Part shown: positions 60,365 to 64,000 of the stretch, one piece after another
Position numbering within the stretch: the stretch's first letter is position 1
Layout: the number at the start of each line of letters is the position of its first letter
DNA from: Narcine bancroftii
Taxonomy: Eukaryota
Direction of reading: 5' to 3'
Assembly (NCBI RefSeq): GCF_036971445.1
Contig: NC_091473.1
Span: 248,930,001-248,994,000, forward strand
DNA: 64,000 nucleotides
Made by a program: the position numbers and the translations under genes
Notes under the pieces: generated by a model
What the model was told of the DNA's origin: nothing
Database searches by the model: none
Seen by the model: the letters and a program-made list of their open reading frames with translations, nothing else

Positions 60365-61372
60365 GAGGCTGGTGGAGAAGCTGTCCTCGCTGGGACTCAA
60401 CACACCTTTCTATAACTGAATTCTGGACTTCCTAATGGAAAGACTATAGCAGAATGTCGAGCTCCGTCATGCTGAGTACTGGTGCACCTCACAGCTCTGT
60501 GCTCAGGCCGCTCCTGTTCATGCTACTGACCCACGACTGCATTGCTAGATCCAGCTCTAACAGTGTCATCAAGTTTGCAAATAACACGAGTAGTTGACCT
60601 CATCAGTCATGACGATAAATCACACTGCAGAGAAGAGGTAGAAAATCTTGTGATATGGTGCGAGAATAACAACCTCAGCCTCAACATGGACAAGACAAAG
60701 GAGATGATTGTGGACTTCAAAAGGACCAGGATTGACCAGCAAGTTCCTCGGAGTCCATGGACACACATCTCCTCACTTGTCAGGAATGCTCAAGAGTGAT
60801 TGGACATCCTGAGAAGATGGAGGCTACCAGCCACCATCCTGTCAACTTTCTACAGGAGCTCTATCAAGAGCACCCTGGCAGGATGCATTGCAGTGCAGTA
60901 TAGTTGCTGTAGAGCATTGGATCAGAGGTCAATCCACAGGATCATAAGAGCAGTGGAGAGGACACTGGAGTCTCCAGTCCTCCACCCACCCCCCCCCCCC
61001 ACATCGACGTGATCTTCCAGGATCGTTATTTGTAGACAGCTCGCTTTGAGGACCCCTTCCACCCTGCATACAGCATCTTTCAGCTATTCCTGTCGGGAAA
61101 ATGATACAGGAGGATCAGAGCCAGCACCACCAGACTGAGAGGCTGCTTCTTCCCACAGGCAGTGAGAATGCTGAATGACCAAAGGATCTGCTCACACTAA
61201 CCATCCGAGACTCTACTATTTACTAAACCATATTTATTTATTTTTATGTATGTATATTGCATATGTATTGCTTGCATGTATGCGTGTATTTGCATGTTTT
61301 TGCACCGAGGACTGTTGAACATTGTTACGTCAGGTTGCGCTACAATTGGTTGATAATAAACATGAACTTGAA
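60365..61372 (+). mobile_element. Rex1/Babar LINE fragment
   Basis: LVEKLSSLGLNT...WCENNNLSLNMDKTKEMIVDF...FYRSSIKSTLAGCI. Confidence 0.9.
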
Positions 61373-61600
61373 TAGCATAGAAATTCATACTCTATTTTAT
61401 GCACTTAGATTGTGTTGATTATGTACATTGAACTCTGTTTTTGAAATCTGAAGTCAATGAAGCCGAACATCAGAAATAAAGTTCAATGATCAAATGATAT
61501 TATTTCATGTGATGGTGCAGACAAGAGTCGACCAAGTTCTGCTGCGTATTTTAAAGTTCCTTTGGTTTTTCTTCTGGATTCCTATATATTCAAGAACACG

Positions 61601-61968
61601 GCTGGAATCATGATGGGTAGATGGAATGAGTTGTCAGAGGATGTTGGAACAATCGTATTGTTTAAAAGACACATAGCTCACATAGAAAACTTGGTCTGCA
61701 TGGACAGGTTTGGCAAAGGGGCCTGATCTATTGCTGTAAAACTATCTAACTCTACAACTCTAATGAATTAGAATCAAAATCAGAATTTATTATCATGAAC
61801 AAATCAAAATTTGGTCCATGCAGACCAAGTTTTCTACCTGAGCTAATTCTATTTGCCTGTATTTAGCCCATATTCCCTTGAACCTTTCCTGCCTATGTGT
61901 CTTTTAAACAATACGATTGTTCCAACATCCTCTACCAACTCATTCCATCTACCCATCATGATTCCAGC
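61601..61968. repeat. Local inverted duplication of a CR1 fragment (61601-61705 vs 61814-61968)
   Basis: 76-bp arm with 2 mismatches plus a second matching block; the right copy retains ~50 bp missing from the left. Confidence 0.9.
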
Positions 61969-63040
61969 ATTCATATTATAATCATCTTACATTACTATAA
62001 ATTATTTAAAAAAATAGTAGTGCATGAAAAGTGAGGCAGTGTCTTTGGTTCATGATTATTCAGGAATTTGATGGCAGCGGGGAAGAAACTGTCCTGTGGC
62101 ATTGAAAACTTTGGACCTTTTTCCAATGGTAGCAAAGTGAAGAGGGCATGGCCTGGGCAGTGGGGATATTTGAGGATAGAGGCTGCTTTTTTAAGACACC
62201 GCCTCATGTAGATGACCTCGATGGAGTGAAGTCTGGTGCCTGTGATGTCCTAAGCCGAGTTTATTCTTGTCCTGAGATTTGGTGTCTCCATTCCAGGCAG
62301 TGATGCAACCAGCCAGAATGCTTTCCATGGTACACCTGTAGAAGTTTACAAGAGTCTTTAGTGACATACTGAATCTCCTCAGACACCTCACAAAGTATAG
62401 CCGCTGTCGAGCCTCCTTTGTGATTGCATCAACATGGAAGCTGCAGGACCGATCCTTGGAGATGCTCACACCCAGGAATTTAAAGTTTTTGACCCTCTCC
62501 ACTACTAAGCCCTCAATGAGGACTGGGCAGTGTTCCCCTGACTTCCTTCTGAAGTCCATAATCATCTCCTTGGTTTTGCTGATGTTGAGCACAAGATTGT
62601 TGTCAATACACTATTCAATAAGCTGATCTTCCTCCTGTGCGCTTTCTGACGACAACTGTGGTGTCATCGGCAAACTTGTAGATAGCATTGGAATTTGGCC
62701 TGGCCACACAGTCGTTTATATATAATAAGTAGAGCAGAGGGCAAAGCACGCATCCTTGGGGTGCGCCTGTGTTGATGATCAGTGAGGAGAAGACATTGTT
62801 TCCAATTCGTACCGACTTTGGTTTTCCAATTGCAGAGTGGGGTACAGAGGCCTAGTGTTTGCAGCATCTTGACTAGCACTGAGGGAATAATGGCCGAGTT
62901 GTAGTCGATGAAGAGCAACTGTATGTATGAATTGCTGTTTTCAAGGTGATCCTGAGCATAGTGGAGAGCCAGCGACATTGCATCTGCAGTGGAGAAGTTG
63001 TGACAATAGCCGAATTGCATTGGGTCCAGATCTTTGCTTA
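61768..63040 (-). mobile_element. Rex1/Babar LINE fragment
   Basis: MQFGYCHNFSTADAM...LLFIDYNSA; KFADD; FKFLGVSIS...FYRCTMESILAGCITAW. Confidence 0.92.
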
Positions 63041-63479
63041 AGTGGTTAAGTAATGGTTAAGTAATCCTACATTACTGCCATAAATTATATGTAAGCATTC
63101 CTCCATGAAGCAATCTCAAACAAATCGAAGTTATGACCTCATCACTGGAGATTTAAGAAAGTTAATCGCCTCAAAAAGGACCGCTCAAACTCCTTTGAGG
63201 AGCAATTTGTGAGTAATTTACAAAATCAATTTCCAACTCCCCTTGTCACTAGTTAATGGATATGAGACATTAAAAGCAGGAAATATCCCTAAGCTTCAGA
63301 AGGCAACCAATTGGTATGTATTTGGTGGCATTGATTTGAAGTGGTAAATATAATCAAAGCTTCCTGCCTTTTATCATTCTCTAGTGACCAGTTCTTGAAG
63401 TTAAATACATTTAAAGGATTGGGTTAATTGTGTTGATGCTTGATGGCTGTAAATACTTCCCTATCTAATTTCACTCACT

Positions 63480-63900
63480 TCCAGCATTGAAGCATGAGAA
63501 TCACATGTTTGGATGCTTTTCCATCCCATGTATCAATTGCTTTGTAAAAATTCCCATAGTATCTTCTTGTGATTACTTTCCAGTGAGGGTATTCTGAAAT
63601 TCTATGTGAAAAAAAATCCTCCTGGTTTTTTTTCGCTAATCCGTGATCCCTGGTCCCATTTGACGTGGAAACAGTTCCCACATTGAGTCAATACTTTTAT
63701 CCCTAATTATCTTAAACGTCTTTCCAATCTTCCTCTCTCTGCTCCAAGGTCTTGACATTTCTGAAAATTTTCTTCATTTTTATTTCCTTCCAAAAGCATG
63801 CGATTCTTCCATTCTTCCGAGAGTGTAATGCTCTTGGATTAATATAGCGTTAATGCTAGGAATTACAAAGCCATGTACCCAATGCACATTCATAAAGATG
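63480..63900 (-). mobile_element. Very old CR1 fragment
   Basis: GTRDHGLAK..FFSHRI CR1-type C-terminal motif on the minus strand. Confidence 0.45.
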
Positions 63901-64000
63901 TCATCCTGCTCTGTCACCTTCAGAGTGGTGGATTTGAACGATTCTTATTGGCATCCACTCCCACACAATCCTTTCCATATTATCTTATTTCTTCTTTAGT

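Noticed and set aside
1-64000. Most of the 60-130 aa ORFs in the supplied track
   Set aside because: They are off-frame or antisense translations of TE fragments, or chance ORFs (many start at GTG/TTG); there is no operon-like organisation in this eukaryotic DNA
1-64000. CRISPR array, prokaryotic defence system or prophage
   Set aside because: No regularly spaced identical repeats with unique spacers and no cas-like or phage-like ORFs were seen; all recurring motifs trace to vertebrate TEs

Overview
This is eukaryotic, vertebrate-type, AT-rich and CpG-poor DNA. It reads as intronic or intergenic sequence dominated by transposable elements. The repeat set (CR1, Rex1/Babar, L1/Tx1-like, RTE/BovB-like, Penelope, tRNA-derived SINEs with CR1-type tails, hAT MITEs) resembles a cartilaginous fish such as a ray or shark; that assignment is inference. 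No prokaryotic features, CRISPR arrays, rRNA genes or true tRNA genes were seen, and no host gene could be named; there are only weak candidate exons. The best-supported feature is a young 3.3-kb Gypsy (Mag-like) LTR element at 19014-22328, nested in an L1-like fragment. It has near-identical LTRs, a GGATC TSD, a tRNA-Ser PBS and a PPT. It has lost RT and RNase H, has a broken gag and protease, yet keeps an intact 512-aa integrase ORF. Other notable structures: minimal hammerhead-ribozyme relics in Penelope tails, some forming bidirectional hairpins; a head-to-head fusion of two L1-like 3' ends replacing part of a Rex element; two locally templated insertions, one direct and one inverted; composite hAT MITEs built from palindromic units; ultra-short RTE insertions with TSDs; and a chimeric short retroelement. 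Boundaries of degenerate repeats were read by eye and are approximate unless a TSD is quoted.
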